Notes under the pieces: model-generated
What the model was told of the DNA's origin: nothing
Database searches by the model: none
The model's input: the letters and a program-made list of their open reading frames with translations, nothing else
Part shown: piece by piece, positions 10,205-20,700 of the stretch
Numbering within the stretch: position 1 is the stretch's first letter
Layout: each line of letters starts with the position of its first letter
Position numbers and translations under genes: made by a program
Assembly (NCBI GenBank): GCA_013003285.1
Contig: JABDJY010000487.1
Coordinates: 1 to 49,982, forward strand
From: Alphaproteobacteria bacterium
GTDB lineage: Bacteria > Pseudomonadota > Alphaproteobacteria > UBA6615
Direction: 5' to 3'
DNA: 49,982 bases

Positions 10205-11703
10205 ATAGCATATACCGACATTCTCGCCGCTAACGGCCTCAATAAGGCTGCGCTGACCGGCGGTTCGCTCACTGTCCATACGCCGATCGACGGCGCGGAA
10301 ATCGCCCGGATCAAGACACACGCGCCCGACGAGGTGCGTACGATGGTAACCCGGGGCGTTCGGGCGTTCGAAGCTTGGCGCGAAGTGCCGGCCCCACGGC
10401 GCGGCGAACTGGTCCGCCTGCTCGGCGAGGCGCTACGCGCGCAGAAAGAGGATCTGGGCCGCCTGGTGACACTGGAATGCGGCAAAATCCTGCAGGAGGG
10501 GCTGGGCGAGGTACAGGAGATGATCGACATCTGCGACTTCGCGGTTGGCCTGTCGCGCCAGCTCTATGGCCTGACCATTGCCTCGGAACGCCCAGGCCAT
10601 GCGATGCGCGAAACCTGGCATCCGATGGGGGCCTGCGGCGTCATCACCTCGTTCAACTTTCCGGTGGCGCCGTGGGCGTGGAACAGCGCGCTGGCGTTGG
10701 TTTGCGGCGATCCGGTGATCTGGAAGCCGTCGGAGAAAACGCCGCTCTGCGCGCTGGCGGTCGACAAAATTTTTGCGACGGCGGTGGCTAAGTTCGGTGA
10801 CGCGCCCGACGATCTGTTGCAAATCTTGTTGGGCGGGCGCGATGTTGCCGCCCTCCTCGTCGAGAACCACGGCGTGCCGATCGTCTCCGCCACCGGCTCG
10901 ACCAATATGGGTCGCGCGGTCGGCACCGCGGTGGCCGAACGCTTTGGCCGCTCCATTCTCGAGCTTGGCGGCAACAATGCGATGATCGTGGCGCCATCGG
11001 CCGAGCTCGATTTGACGATCCGCGCGGCGGTGTTCTCCGCCGTCGGCACCGCGGGTCAACGCTGCACCTCGCTGCGCCGCCTGATCGTCCATGAGGACAT
11101 CTACGATCAATTGATCCCCCGGCTGAAAGCCGCCTACGAGACCTTGCCGCTCGGCGATCCGCTCACCGACAGTGTTCTGGTCGGCCCGTTGATCGATGGG
11201 CAGGCTATGAGGCCATGGCGCGCGCGCTCGAACAGGCTCAAGCAGACGGTGGCGTGGTTCACGGCGGCGGCCGGGCGCTCACCGATCAATATCCCGACGC
11301 CCACTATGTACGACCGGCGATCGTCGAGATGCCGCACCAGAACGAGATTGTGTGTCGGGAAACCTTTGCGCCGATCCTCTACGTCATGAAGTATCGCGCG
11401 TTGTCAGAGGCGATCGCCCTGCAGAATGCGGTTCCACAAGGCCTCGCCTCCTGCATTTTTTCCACAGACGTGCGCGAAACCGAGACGTTTCTCTCGGCGG
11501 TTGGCTCCGACTGCGGTATCGCCAACGTCAATATCGGCCCCTCTGGGGCAGAGATCGGCGGCGCTTTTGGGGGCGAGAAGGAAACCGGCGGCGGCCGTGA
11601 ATCCGGTTCCGATGCCTGGCGCGGCTATATGCGCCGGCAGACCAATACGGTGAATTATTCGCGCGAGTTGCCGCTCGCTCAGGGCATCAAGTTCGAGATT
11701 TGA
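10205..11703 (+). pseudogene. ALDH7-type aldehyde dehydrogenase (piperideine-6-carboxylate / alpha-aminoadipic semialdehyde dehydrogenase-like), frame interrupted
   Basis: ORFs 10334-11389 and 11215-11703 are the two halves of one ALDH (WKPSEKTP, ELGGNNA, catalytic [21 protein letters not shown]). They join if one base is restored at about 11206 (..GPLIDGQA|[11 protein letters not shown]..). Homology runs upstream to about 10205 (IAYTDILAANGL..), but there is no ATG/GTG/TTG there. Confidence 0.7.
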
Positions 11704-11711
11704 GGTTAAGA

Positions 11712-12794
11712 ATGAGCGACAAGATCAAACGCATTGCGGTGCTCGGCCTGGGCAATGTGGGGACCTTGGCGGCGACGCTGCTGCACGAGACCGGTTTCGA
11801 TGTGGTTGGCTTCGACACGCGGAAACTGCGGCGCAAGCACAAGTTCGAGGTGGCGCAGAAATCCGCCGCCACCAAAACCGAGGCGCTCAAGGCTTGCCGG
11901 GGTTTCGACGCGGTATTGTCGTGCCTGCCCTATCATTTGAATGTCGGCGTCGCCAAGGCGGCGTTCCAGCTCGGCATTCACTATTTCGATCTGACCGAGG
12001 ATGTGCCCACCACCCAGGCGATCCGCGAGATGGCGAAGACATCGAAAGGCGTGATGGCGCCGCAATGCGGCTTGGCGCCGGGGCTGGTCGGCATCATCGG
12101 CGCCCATTTGGCCGAGCAGTTCGACCAAGTCCGCTCGATCAAGCTGCGGGTCGGCGCCTTGCCGCAGCACCCGACCGGCCTGTTGGGCTATGCCTTCAAC
12201 TGGTCGCCGGAGGGCGTGGTCAACGAATATCTCAACGATTGCGAGGTCATCGAAGAGGGGCAGCATAAATGGGTCTCGCCGATGGAGTGGGTGGAAAAGA
12301 TCCATATCGACGGCAACCGCTTCGAGGCGTTCACCACCTCGGGTGGGTTGGGTACCATGTGCGAGACCTATCTGGGCCGGGTCGAGAACCTCGACTACAA
12401 ATCGCTGCGCTATCCCGGCCATGGGGAGTTGATGAACTTTTTCTTCCACGAGCTCCTGATGCGCGACAAGCGCGATCTGGCCGGTGAAATTCTGACCCAC
12501 GCCAAACCGCCGGTGGACGACGATGTGGTGCATATCCATGTCTCGGCCGAAGGCATGATCGACGATCGGCTGATGCGCCAGGAATATGTACGCTCGTACT
12601 ATCCCCTGAAAATCGCCGGGCGCACCTGGCGTGCCATCGCCTGGACAACCTCGGCTTCGGTCGCCGCCGTCATCGAGATGGTGAACCGGGGCGATCTGCC
12701 GGCCAAGGGGTTCCTCAAGCAGGAGCGCATTCCCCTGGCGCCGTTCCTGGCGACCCGCAACGGCGCTCTTTATGAGGCATCGAACCCGATCTAG
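11712..12794 (+). CDS. saccharopine dehydrogenase family protein (candidate L-lysine 6-dehydrogenase)
   Basis: N-terminal Rossmann IAVLGLGNVGTLAA, about 360 aa, saccharopine-DH-like C-terminal half. Starts 8 nt after the ALDH7-like gene. The specific LysDH role is inferred from that pairing. Confidence 0.65.
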   Translation: MSDKIKRIAVLGLGNVGTLAATLLHETGFDVVGFDTRKLRRKHKFEVAQKSAATKTEALKACRGFDAVLSCLPYHLNVGVAKAAFQLGIHYFDLTEDVPTTQAIREMAKTSKGVMAPQCGLAPGLVGIIGAHLAEQFDQVRSIKLRVGALPQHPTGLLGYAFNWSPEGVVNEYLNDCEVIEEGQHKWVSPMEWVEKIHIDGNRFEAFTTSGGLGTMCETYLGRVENLDYKSLRYPGHGELMNFFFHELLMRDKRDLAGEILTHAKPPVDDDVVHIHVSAEGMIDDRLMRQEYVRSYYPLKIAGRTWRAIAWTTSASVAAVIEMVNRGDLPAKGFLKQERIPLAPFLATRNGALYEASNPI

Positions 12795-12830
12795 CGCTAT
12801 AATTGATCTCAATCGGATCGGGGGGAGAGC

Positions 12831-13790
12831 ATGAGTAGAGAGACAATTTGCGTTGTCGGCTGTAGCGGGTTTGTCGGCAGCCATGTGACCGCCGAGCTGC
12901 TGGCGCGCGGCTATGACGTAAACGGTACCCTGCGCGACGCCGCCGGCGATAATGCGCGCTGGTTGATGTCCGGTGTGGCGGCGGCTGCCAATGGAGACAA
13001 TAAGCTCACCCTCTACGCTGCCGATGTTTTCGACAAAGCATCCTTGGCGCCGGCCATGGCCGGGTGCAGCGGCGTGATTGTCTGCGCCGGCTCGCCGGTG
13101 ATCGCCCCGGAGACCATCGATTTGATGCTCGCGGTGGCCGAGAATGTGTCGGACGCGGCAATCGAGGCGGGCATTGGCCGCGCGGTGTTCACCTCGAGCA
13201 CTGGCTCAACCAATCCGCCCGAGGGCGAGCCTGATCTCAAAAATGAGGGGTTGCACTGGTCCGACCCCGACGTGCAACTCGCGGCCAAGAAGTTCGCTGC
13301 CGTTGGTAAGACCCGGCTCGACCAAATCGTGCTTGGCAAAATGGCAGACTCCGATGGCACGTTTCGGGTCTGCACCATCAACCCCTCCATGATCGTCGGC
13401 CCTGCCTTCCAGGATGAACCGGTGACCAGCCTGATCCGGTTTGCCGCCATCGTGAACGGCGAGCGTTTCGCCGATAAATTTCCCAACAGTTCCATGTCGA
13501 TGATCGATGTGCGCGATCTCGCCTCGCTGCATGTCAACGCCATGGAACGCGATAGCGCGCGCGGGCGCTATTTCGGCGTCAAGCAGAGCTGGCTGTGGCG
13601 CGATATCCTGCAGGCGCTGGAACGCGCCTATCCGGCCTACAAGATGCCCGCGGCCGATCCCGATGAAGTGCCGGTTCGCGCCACCCAGTTCGACCTGACC
13701 CGGCAAAACACTTTGGGCGTAGAGGTGCGCGGGCTCGACGACATGTTAGCGGGCATAATCGAAGAGCTGCAGCGGCGTGAGATGATTTAG
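12831..13790 (+). CDS. extended SDR, NAD(P)-dependent epimerase/dehydratase family (aldehyde/cinnamoyl-CoA-reductase-like)
   Basis: N-terminal VVGCSGFVGSHV glycine motif, about 319 aa, typical extended-SDR layout. Confidence 0.8.
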   Translation: MSRETICVVGCSGFVGSHVTAELLARGYDVNGTLRDAAGDNARWLMSGVAAAANGDNKLTLYAADVFDKASLAPAMAGCSGVIVCAGSPVIAPETIDLMLAVAENVSDAAIEAGIGRAVFTSSTGSTNPPEGEPDLKNEGLHWSDPDVQLAAKKFAAVGKTRLDQIVLGKMADSDGTFRVCTINPSMIVGPAFQDEPVTSLIRFAAIVNGERFADKFPNSSMSMIDVRDLASLHVNAMERDSARGRYFGVKQSWLWRDILQALERAYPAYKMPAADPDEVPVRATQFDLTRQNTLGVEVRGLDDMLAGIIEELQRREMI

Positions 13791-13801
13791 CGGGCGTTCC
13801 C

Positions 13802-14856
13802 ATGCGTGCTGAAATCGGACATATCGCACCGCCGTTTGCGTTGAACGACCATAAGGGTGAGAACGCCACGCCATTGGAAGACAAGGTGATGGGCGATCCG
13901 GTTCTGCTGGTGTTCGACCGAAACCCCATAGACTCCGACCCAGAAAACAGCGCTGAATTGTTGCGGGCCTTCGCCGGGCTGGTTGCCGGTCTCGAGGGAC
14001 GCACTGTCACCCTGTTGGTGATTTCCCGGCGATCGAAAGAGGAAAACGCGCGGCTCGCCGAGGCCGAAGACATCCGGTTCCACTTGCTGACCGACCCTGA
14101 CGGTGCTGTGTTCCACGACTACGGTATCGCGCTGGCCGCCGACACCGCTGCGCCGCCGGCGAGCCTCATATCGACCCCAACGGACGTGTCGCCGAAATCT
14201 GCGAGGGGATTGAAACCGCGGCCCAGATAGACCGGCTGCTGACCCGTCTTATCGCGATGCACGCCGACAAGCCGCGCGGCCGGCTCGGTATGCACCCGCC
14301 GGTTTTGGTGATCCCCAATGTGTTGGATGGCGAGACCTGCGCCCGGCTGATCGAGACATTCGATCGCCCAGTGCCCCTATGGGAAAGCGACGGCAAGGTC
14401 AGCGAGGGTTTCAATGTCGAGCAGGGCGATTTCAAGGTGCGCAACGCCGCCTATGGCAATGTGGTGCAATATATCGTGCGTGACGCCGAATTGATGCGTG
14501 AGCTCGATACCAAGGTGATGCGCCGGGTGATCCCGCAGATGGATAAGGCGTTTGGCTATAGCCCCGCCAGCCGCGAGCAATACCGTATCGCCTGCTACGA
14601 TGCGGCCGAGGGCGGCAGCCTGCCGCCGCACCGCGACAATCCCACCGAGGAAACGAAACACCGCCGGTTTACCGTCTCGGTCAATCTCAACAACAGCGCG
14701 TTTGAGGGTAGCGAGTTGGTTTTCCGCGAGAGCAGCGACCATGTCTACGATGTGGATGAAGGCACCGCGATCGTCTGGTCGGCCTCGCTCTTGCATGAGG
14801 TACTGCCGGTCACGGCCGGCCGCCGCTTCATCCTGGGCGCCCATCTGTACGGGTAG
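13802..14856 (+). pseudogene. second redoxin-like::2OG-Fe(II) oxygenase gene, split into ORFs 13802-14230 and 14257-14856 by an apparent frameshift
   Basis: The frame of ORF 14257 is open back to 14101. It reads ..IDPNGRVAEICEGIETAAQIDRLLTRLIAMHADKPRGRLGMHPPVLVIP.., which continues the redoxin domain of ORF 13802 (..FHLLTDPDGAVFHDYGIALAADTAAPPAS) after a 1-nt shift near 14160-14170. The C-terminal domain has HRD...LLHEVLPV...GRRFIL and is homologous to 8248-9333. Confidence 0.65.
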
Positions 14857-14889
14857 ACCCAAGCCAGACACAGCAAATGCCGGCGGCGA

Positions 14890-16140
14890 CTAAGGCAGCG
14901 ACAAATGACCGGTGCATTCACCGCTGGCCAAATCGACCCGCGCCACATGATCGTCGACCGAGCACGCCACGAATGCCGTCTGCCCGTCTTCGGTGAAGGC
15001 GGTATGAGACGAGCCGCGGCCGACTTCAATGCGGGATTTTTCGACCATGGCGTGCAGATCGAACAGGCGCACATAGTCCGACGAAAACCCGCCGACCACG
15101 GCAAAGCGGCCGTCTGGTGAGAGGTCCAGCCCGTGCGGATAGACATCGCTTTGCCATAGGGCCAAACGTTCGAGACTCATGGCGTCGAATACGGTCACCG
15201 TATCGTCGAAGAAATTGGCCACCAGCACATGGCGGCCGTCATGGGTGGCCTCCACTGCATGGGCCCAGGCCCCGCTGGGCACGGTACCCAGAACGTCACC
15301 CTCCGGCGATAGACTGCTCAGCGTGCCGTCGAAGGTATTGGCGGAATAAATGCGGGTGCCGTCGGGATGGGCCGACATATGGGCCGGCCCGGCACCGACC
15401 GGATAAGTGCCCAAAATTTTTCCATCGGACAGGCGGACCTTCACCACGGTGGCATCGCCGGCGCAAGGCACGAACAGATGGGCTCCATCGGGTGCGACCA
15501 GCGGGTCGTGCGGTGTGTTGCCGACCTCGATGGTCTGGTCCCGCCACAAGCCGTCTTTGGGCCGGGCAATGGTCAGGGTTCCGGTGGCGCCACCGGTGAC
15601 GCAGACCATGCCGTCTTCCGTGACCAGGGGCAGTTGCGGCAAGCCGGGCGCTGGCCAACTATCCTCTATTATAAAATTATCTGTGCTTACCGAGATGATC
15701 CTATCGGTCCCGGGATCGGCCACGAAAACCGACTTGCCGCGCGGATCAACTGCTAGATGGGATGCGGTTTCGGCGATATCGACACTATCCACCAGGTCAC
15801 CGGAGGCGGCATCGAAACAGGCCAGCCGCGATGCCCGCTCGCAGGCCCAGACCCGGTCCTGGGCGACCTCCAAATGGTGTAGGCCGGGAATCTTCCCCTG
15901 TGCCGGCGATAGAGCCCGCGCTACCGTGATCCGCCACGAGCCATCATCCGTCTGGTGCGCCACATGCCGGGCGCCGGCCTCGATCAACCACATACGCAGG
16001 CCCGGTCCCAGATGATCGACCCGCGCCTCGATCTGGGCCCCACACTCCAGCCGATTATAGGCTTCCAGAATTGCTAAGCCGGCCTGGGGCACCTTTTGCC
16101 CACGGCAATCGAGCGACAGGACGGTTTCTTCTCCGGCCAT
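14890..16140 (-). CDS. DUF2249/TusA-fold-like N-terminal domain fused to a YVTN/YncE-type beta-propeller
   Basis: ORF 14890-16230, trimmed to ATG 16140, 1 nt after the stop of the upstream AKR gene. The N-terminus LSLDCRGQKVPQAGLAILEAYNRLECGAQIE...DGSWRITVAR resembles DUF2249. The rest is repeated about-40-aa blades (..P.G.A..PDG..L.V....D.V.V.D..). Confidence 0.65.
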   Translation of the reverse strand: MAGEETVLSLDCRGQKVPQAGLAILEAYNRLECGAQIEARVDHLGPGLRMWLIEAGARHVAHQTDDGSWRITVARALSPAQGKIPGLHHLEVAQDRVWACERASRLACFDAASGDLVDSVDIAETASHLAVDPRGKSVFVADPGTDRIISVSTDNFIIEDSWPAPGLPQLPLVTEDGMVCVTGGATGTLTIARPKDGLWRDQTIEVGNTPHDPLVAPDGAHLFVPCAGDATVVKVRLSDGKILGTYPVGAGPAHMSAHPDGTRIYSANTFDGTLSSLSPEGDVLGTVPSGAWAHAVEATHDGRHVLVANFFDDTVTVFDAMSLERLALWQSDVYPHGLDLSPDGRFAVVGGFSSDYVRLFDLHAMVEKSRIEVGRGSSHTAFTEDGQTAFVACSVDDHVARVDLASGECTGHLSLP

Positions 16141-16141
16141 A

Positions 16142-17113
16142 CTATCGCTGTTGTTCTGTGCGATCGGTCGCGGGTGGTGGCTGGCGCGACAGGGCGGAGA
16201 TTTCGTCGCGCAGCTCCGGCGACATTTCATAATACAGCGCGTCGAGGGACGGCTGCAATTGTTCCAGGCTGCGCGCGCCGATGATCGGGCAGGTCACCGC
16301 CGGGTGTCCGGCGGTCCAGGCCACGGCCAGGGTAACCGGGTGGACGCCCCTGGCGTCCGCGAACTCGGCAAAGGCGCCGGCGGTTTCCAACATCCATTCA
16401 TCCCCGTAACGGCGGGCATAGTTGGCATTTTCGATCAGCCGGCCATCATTGGGGCGTATGCCGGGCCGGTATTTGCCGCTCAGCAGCCCGCCACCGACCG
16501 GGCTATAGGTAATGACGCCAAGCTGCTCGGCCAGCGCCAGCGGGAAGATTTCGACCTCGGCCTGACGCTTGACCAGATTGTACATCGGCTGGATGACATC
16601 GAACCGCGCCCAGCCTTGCCGCGCCGAGATGCCGAGCGAGGTGGCGATTTGCCAGGCGGCATAGTTGCTAGCGCCGAGATAGATCACCTTGCCGGCCCGC
16701 ACCAGGTCCTCTAGCGCACGCAGCGTTTCCTCTATCGGGGCGTGTTCCTCGAAGCGATGCATGAACAAGATATCGAGCCGGTCGGTGCCGAGCCGCTTCA
16801 GGCTGGCCTCGACGGCGCGCGGGATGTGGCGCCGGGAGCCACCGCGGTCGTTGATGTCGTCGCTCATCGGGTTGAAGCATTTCGAGGTCAGAACCAACTC
16901 GTCGCGATGGCCGGCCATCAGGCCACCGAGGATTTGCTCAGCGCCGCCCTCGCTATAGCCATCGGCGCAGTCGAAGAAGTTGAACCCGCGATCGCGACAG
17001 GCGGCGTACATGCGCGCCGATTCGTCGGCATCGGCCTCGTCGCCGAACGACATGGCGCCGAAGCAGAATTTCGAGACCTGCAAACCGGTGCGACCGAGAT
17101 ATTTAAAGTCCAT
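16142..17113 (-). CDS. aldo/keto reductase (Tas/YajO-like)
   Basis: MDFKYLGRTGLQVSKFCFGAMSFG.., FDCADGYSEG, LGASNY, typical AKR length of 323 aa. Confidence 0.9.
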   Translation of the reverse strand: MDFKYLGRTGLQVSKFCFGAMSFGDEADADESARMYAACRDRGFNFFDCADGYSEGGAEQILGGLMAGHRDELVLTSKCFNPMSDDINDRGGSRRHIPRAVEASLKRLGTDRLDILFMHRFEEHAPIEETLRALEDLVRAGKVIYLGASNYAAWQIATSLGISARQGWARFDVIQPMYNLVKRQAEVEIFPLALAEQLGVITYSPVGGGLLSGKYRPGIRPNDGRLIENANYARRYGDEWMLETAGAFAEFADARGVHPVTLAVAWTAGHPAVTCPIIGARSLEQLQPSLDALYYEMSPELRDEISALSRQPPPATDRTEQQR

Positions 17114-17211
17114 AGCTTGTTCCCCTTGCGCCGTGGCGGCGTTGAAAAACCTATCTTATGTTATCCGAGCTCGAGAGTTGAACCTTAAGGGGTGGCGGTG
17201 CCGAACGGCAG

Positions 17212-17243
17212 CCAAAAGAAAACCCCGCCGATGGGGCGGGGTG
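17212..17243 (-). terminator. rho-independent terminator downstream of trxA
   Basis: Minus strand reads CCCCGCC-CCATC-GGCGGGG followed by TTTTCTTTTGG, 28 nt after the trxA stop. Confidence 0.6.
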
Positions 17244-17270
17244 TATGAATTCTATCGGGTGACGCTGTGC

Positions 17271-17591
17271 TCACAGGTTTGACTCGACCCAATCGTAAAT
17301 CTGGCTCTTCGGCAGGCTACCGACCTTCATTGAAGCGACCTGGCCATCCTTGAACAGCAGCAGGGTGGGAATGCCGCGCACGCCGTATTTCGACGGGGTC
17401 ATGGGGTTATCGTCGATATTGAGTTTGGCGACGACCAATTCGCCGTCCTTGTCGTCCGACAATTCTTCCAAGGTCGGGCCGATTTGCTTACACGGTCCGC
17501 ACCATTCCGCCCAGAAATCCACAAGCACCGGCTTGTCGGATTGCAGTACGTCGGTTTCGAAGGAATCGTCTGAAATAGGTTTGCTGGCCAT
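17271..17591 (-). CDS. trxA: thioredoxin
   Basis: 106 aa with the WAEWCGPCK active site. Confidence 0.96.
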   Translation of the reverse strand: MASKPISDDSFETDVLQSDKPVLVDFWAEWCGPCKQIGPTLEELSDDKDGELVVAKLNIDDNPMTPSKYGVRGIPTLLLFKDGQVASMKVGSLPKSQIYDWVESNL

Positions 17592-17651
17592 TATAGTGTC
17601 CTTGTCCTCGCGGGGGGCGGCGACTCACCGGTCGCGGCGTCGGTTCGCTGA

Positions 17652-17680
17652 GAAAAGTAGGTGCGACCCACCGGTGGGTC
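17652..17680 (-). terminator. perfect 16-nt palindrome GACCCACCGGTGGGTC after addA (weak terminator / attenuator before trxA)
   Basis: Palindrome at 17665-17680. On the minus strand it is followed by GCACCTACTTTTCTC, a short and interrupted T tract. Confidence 0.35.
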
Positions 17681-17704
17681 AAGCAACCACTTTGCGAATT
17701 CCGT

Positions 17705-20700
17705 TCACACCGGCGTGGGCAAGGCGCTGGAATGCTGGTCCAGCAAGGCATTGGGCAGTTCCATCAGGCGCGGTCCGTCGGTCCATAAAAGGCAACATTT
17801 GATCTCGAAACCGGGATAGGCGTCGGCCAGAAGCGCCCGATAGGCTGCCAATTGGCGCAAATAGACCGGCTGCACGGCGTCCGGTGTCTCTGGCGGCGGC
17901 CGGTTGGTCTTGTAGTCCACTACGGTCACCGTGCCGTCGGCGATCAGCAACCGATCGATTTGGCCGGAAACCACCCGCGCTTGGCCCTCTGCGCCGTTGG
18001 TCACGCCGGATAGGGGCACTTCGGCCAGGCTCGCCGGCCAAAACAGATCGGCGAACGCCGGTTCTTCGAGCACCGCCAGAGTTTCCGCAGCGAGCTGCGC
18101 CTGCGCCTCTTGGGATAATTCCAACGTGGCGCGCGCCAGATGATGGCGCGCCGCCGCGGCGCGGTGTTCGGGCGGCAGTTCCGGCAGCCATTGCATCAGA
18201 TAGTGGATGATGGTGCCGCGTTTGAAGCGGTTCAGATCGTCGGCATCATCGACCGGCGAGCGCACCGGCGGGTCCTGTTCGGCGCGCGACGGCGCGAGGG
18301 GCCGCGACGGGGTCGGTTCCGGTGGCGCCGGTTCGAGCGCCCAGGCCGGCAGGGGCGGCGGGTCGGCGCGCTGTTGCACTGTCGCTCCGGTCTCGGGCGC
18401 GTCCTGCTGGCTCGATTCCAGACGCAGAACGGTGGGCTCGATGGTTTCAGGATCGGCGGCGAGGAACGGGCTTTCGAGCGATCGGGCGACCCCTTCCAGC
18501 GCGTCCTCGACCATCCGGTACCAGCAATCGTCAGGTGCGCCGCGGGCGGTCTCCCAACCGCAGATATACAAACGGTCGCCGGCCCGGGTCATCGCCACAT
18601 AGAGAAGCCGGCGATATTCCTCGGCCTGAAGCGTGCGGGCGCGATCGCGCGCTTGCGTTGCCGCGCCGTCGCGATCCTCGGCGCGCGGCGCCCACAGCAT
18701 GATATCGCCGGTCTCGGGCCATAGCAGTTGCGGCGAAGCGACGGGCACCTGCATGGTATCGGGCAGGATGACGATGGGAGCCTGCAGGCCCTTGGCGCCG
18801 TGCACGGTCATCACGCGCACCGCCCCGCCGGCCTGTTCCAGATCGCGTTTCACCTCGGCGCGGCCGGTCGCCATCCAATGGAGAAACCCCTGCAGCGAGG
18901 GCGTGTTGGTGCGCTCATAGGTCAACGCCAGGGAGAGGAACTCGTCGAGCGGATCGGCCGCATCCGGGCCCAGCCGCGCCAGGATCGACGCGCGGCCGCC
19001 GCGGTTGAGCAGCTGGGCATAGAGCTCGTAGGGGCGCAGAAAATCGACCTCGCCGAGCAGGTGAGAAAGATAATCATAGGCGCGCTCGAAGCGCTCTTCG
19101 CCGCCGGCCCGCTGACGCAGCGCGTACCACAGGCTGCCGTCGCGTTGATGGGCTAGCTGGAACAGATCGTCGTCATTCAGCCCCAGCAACGGGCCCTTCA
19201 AGACGGTCGCCAGGGTGAGATCGTCTTCCGGCAGCAGTAGGAATTCACCCAGCGCCAGCAGATCCATCACCGCCAGCTGCTCGTTCAATACCATGCGGTC
19301 GACGCCGGCGACGGCGACGTCCAAATCCTTTAGGGCGCGCACCAGCGCTTCGACGAACGGCCCGCGGCGGCGCACCAAAATCATGATGTCCGAGGCTTCG
19401 ATGGGCCGGCCGCGGCTTTCGAGAATTTCGCCCTCATGTATCCACGCCGCGATGCGACGCGCCACCAGCCCGGCCAGACGCTCGCGCGCGCCGGGGGCGG
19501 ACACCCGGTCCACCGGCGGTTTCCAGGGTTCCGGCTCGGGCGGGCCGATGGGCGTGAGAGGCGGCCACAGCTCGACGCAACCGCCGGCACCGGCTCGGAT
19601 CGGCAGATGCTGCAACGTATCGCCATCCTCGACCACGCCGGAACGCGCCGGCATGTGGGCAAAAACCGCATCGACGGCTTGCAGCACCGGTCCGGTCGAG
19701 CGGAACGACACGTCGAGGCGCACATCCTCCCAGCCCGGCTCGGCGTCGTTGGCGCGGTTCTGGAAGTAGCGCCGCATGCCTTCGAAAGCCGCGGGCTGGG
19801 CGCCTTGGAAACTGTAGATCGACTGTTTGACATCGCCGACCGCAAACACGCTGCGGGTCGGCAGTTGGGCACCTTCCAGCGCCTCCTCGCGAACGCCCAT
19901 CCCGGCGTAAAACTCATCGGCCAGGGCGGCGACCACCCGCCATTGGTCGGGATTGGTGTCTTGCGCCTCGTCGATGAGAATATGGTCGACGCCGCCATCG
20001 AGCTTGAACAACACCCAGGCGGCGCGGCCTTCGGCCTCGAGCAACTGGCGGGTGCGAATAATCAGATCGTCATAATCGAGCAGCGCGCGCGCCGATTTAT
20101 GGCGAGTGTAGGATTCGATCAGCGCATCGGCGATGCGCACCAGCACCGAGGTCGCCTGCGCCACATTGGCGCTGCGCAACCGCTCCTTGATGGTGAGGAT
20201 TCGCGCCGCCTCCGTGGCCAAAAAATCGCCGGCTTCGGGATCGCGCGCCAGGGCCGGTTTGGTGATCAGCGATTTACGCACCTCGCCGGTCCGGGTCAGA
20301 AAGATTGCGCTATAGGTTTCGAAATAGGGGCCACGCCCCTCAGGTTCGGCCAGCCAGAGGCCGATCGCGTCGGCGCGCTTCTGATCGGCGGCGCTGCCTT
20401 GCGACAGCGCGGTGGTGGCGCGACGCAGGCCCGCATCGTCGAATGCGCCGGCATCGCAAGCCGCGCTGATTATGACTTCGGGCGTATCGTTCGGATCTAG
20501 GTCTAGGGTAGTGTAAATGGCTGTCACCAAGGCTTCCACGCTGCCATGGCGGGCGATTAGATCGGCGATGCGTCCGCGCGCGGCCGTCAGTTCGGCCATC
20601 AGCTCGGGAAAGCGTGTCTCATGGATGCGGCTGGTGATGTCAGCCACGGCGGCGGCCAGGGGGCTATCGTCGACCTGGGCGCGCACCATCAATTCGAGCT

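Noticed and set aside
17166-17173. Palindrome CGAGCTCG upstream of the aldo/keto reductase.
   Set aside because: At only 8 bp it is expected by chance in 50 kb of GC-rich sequence.
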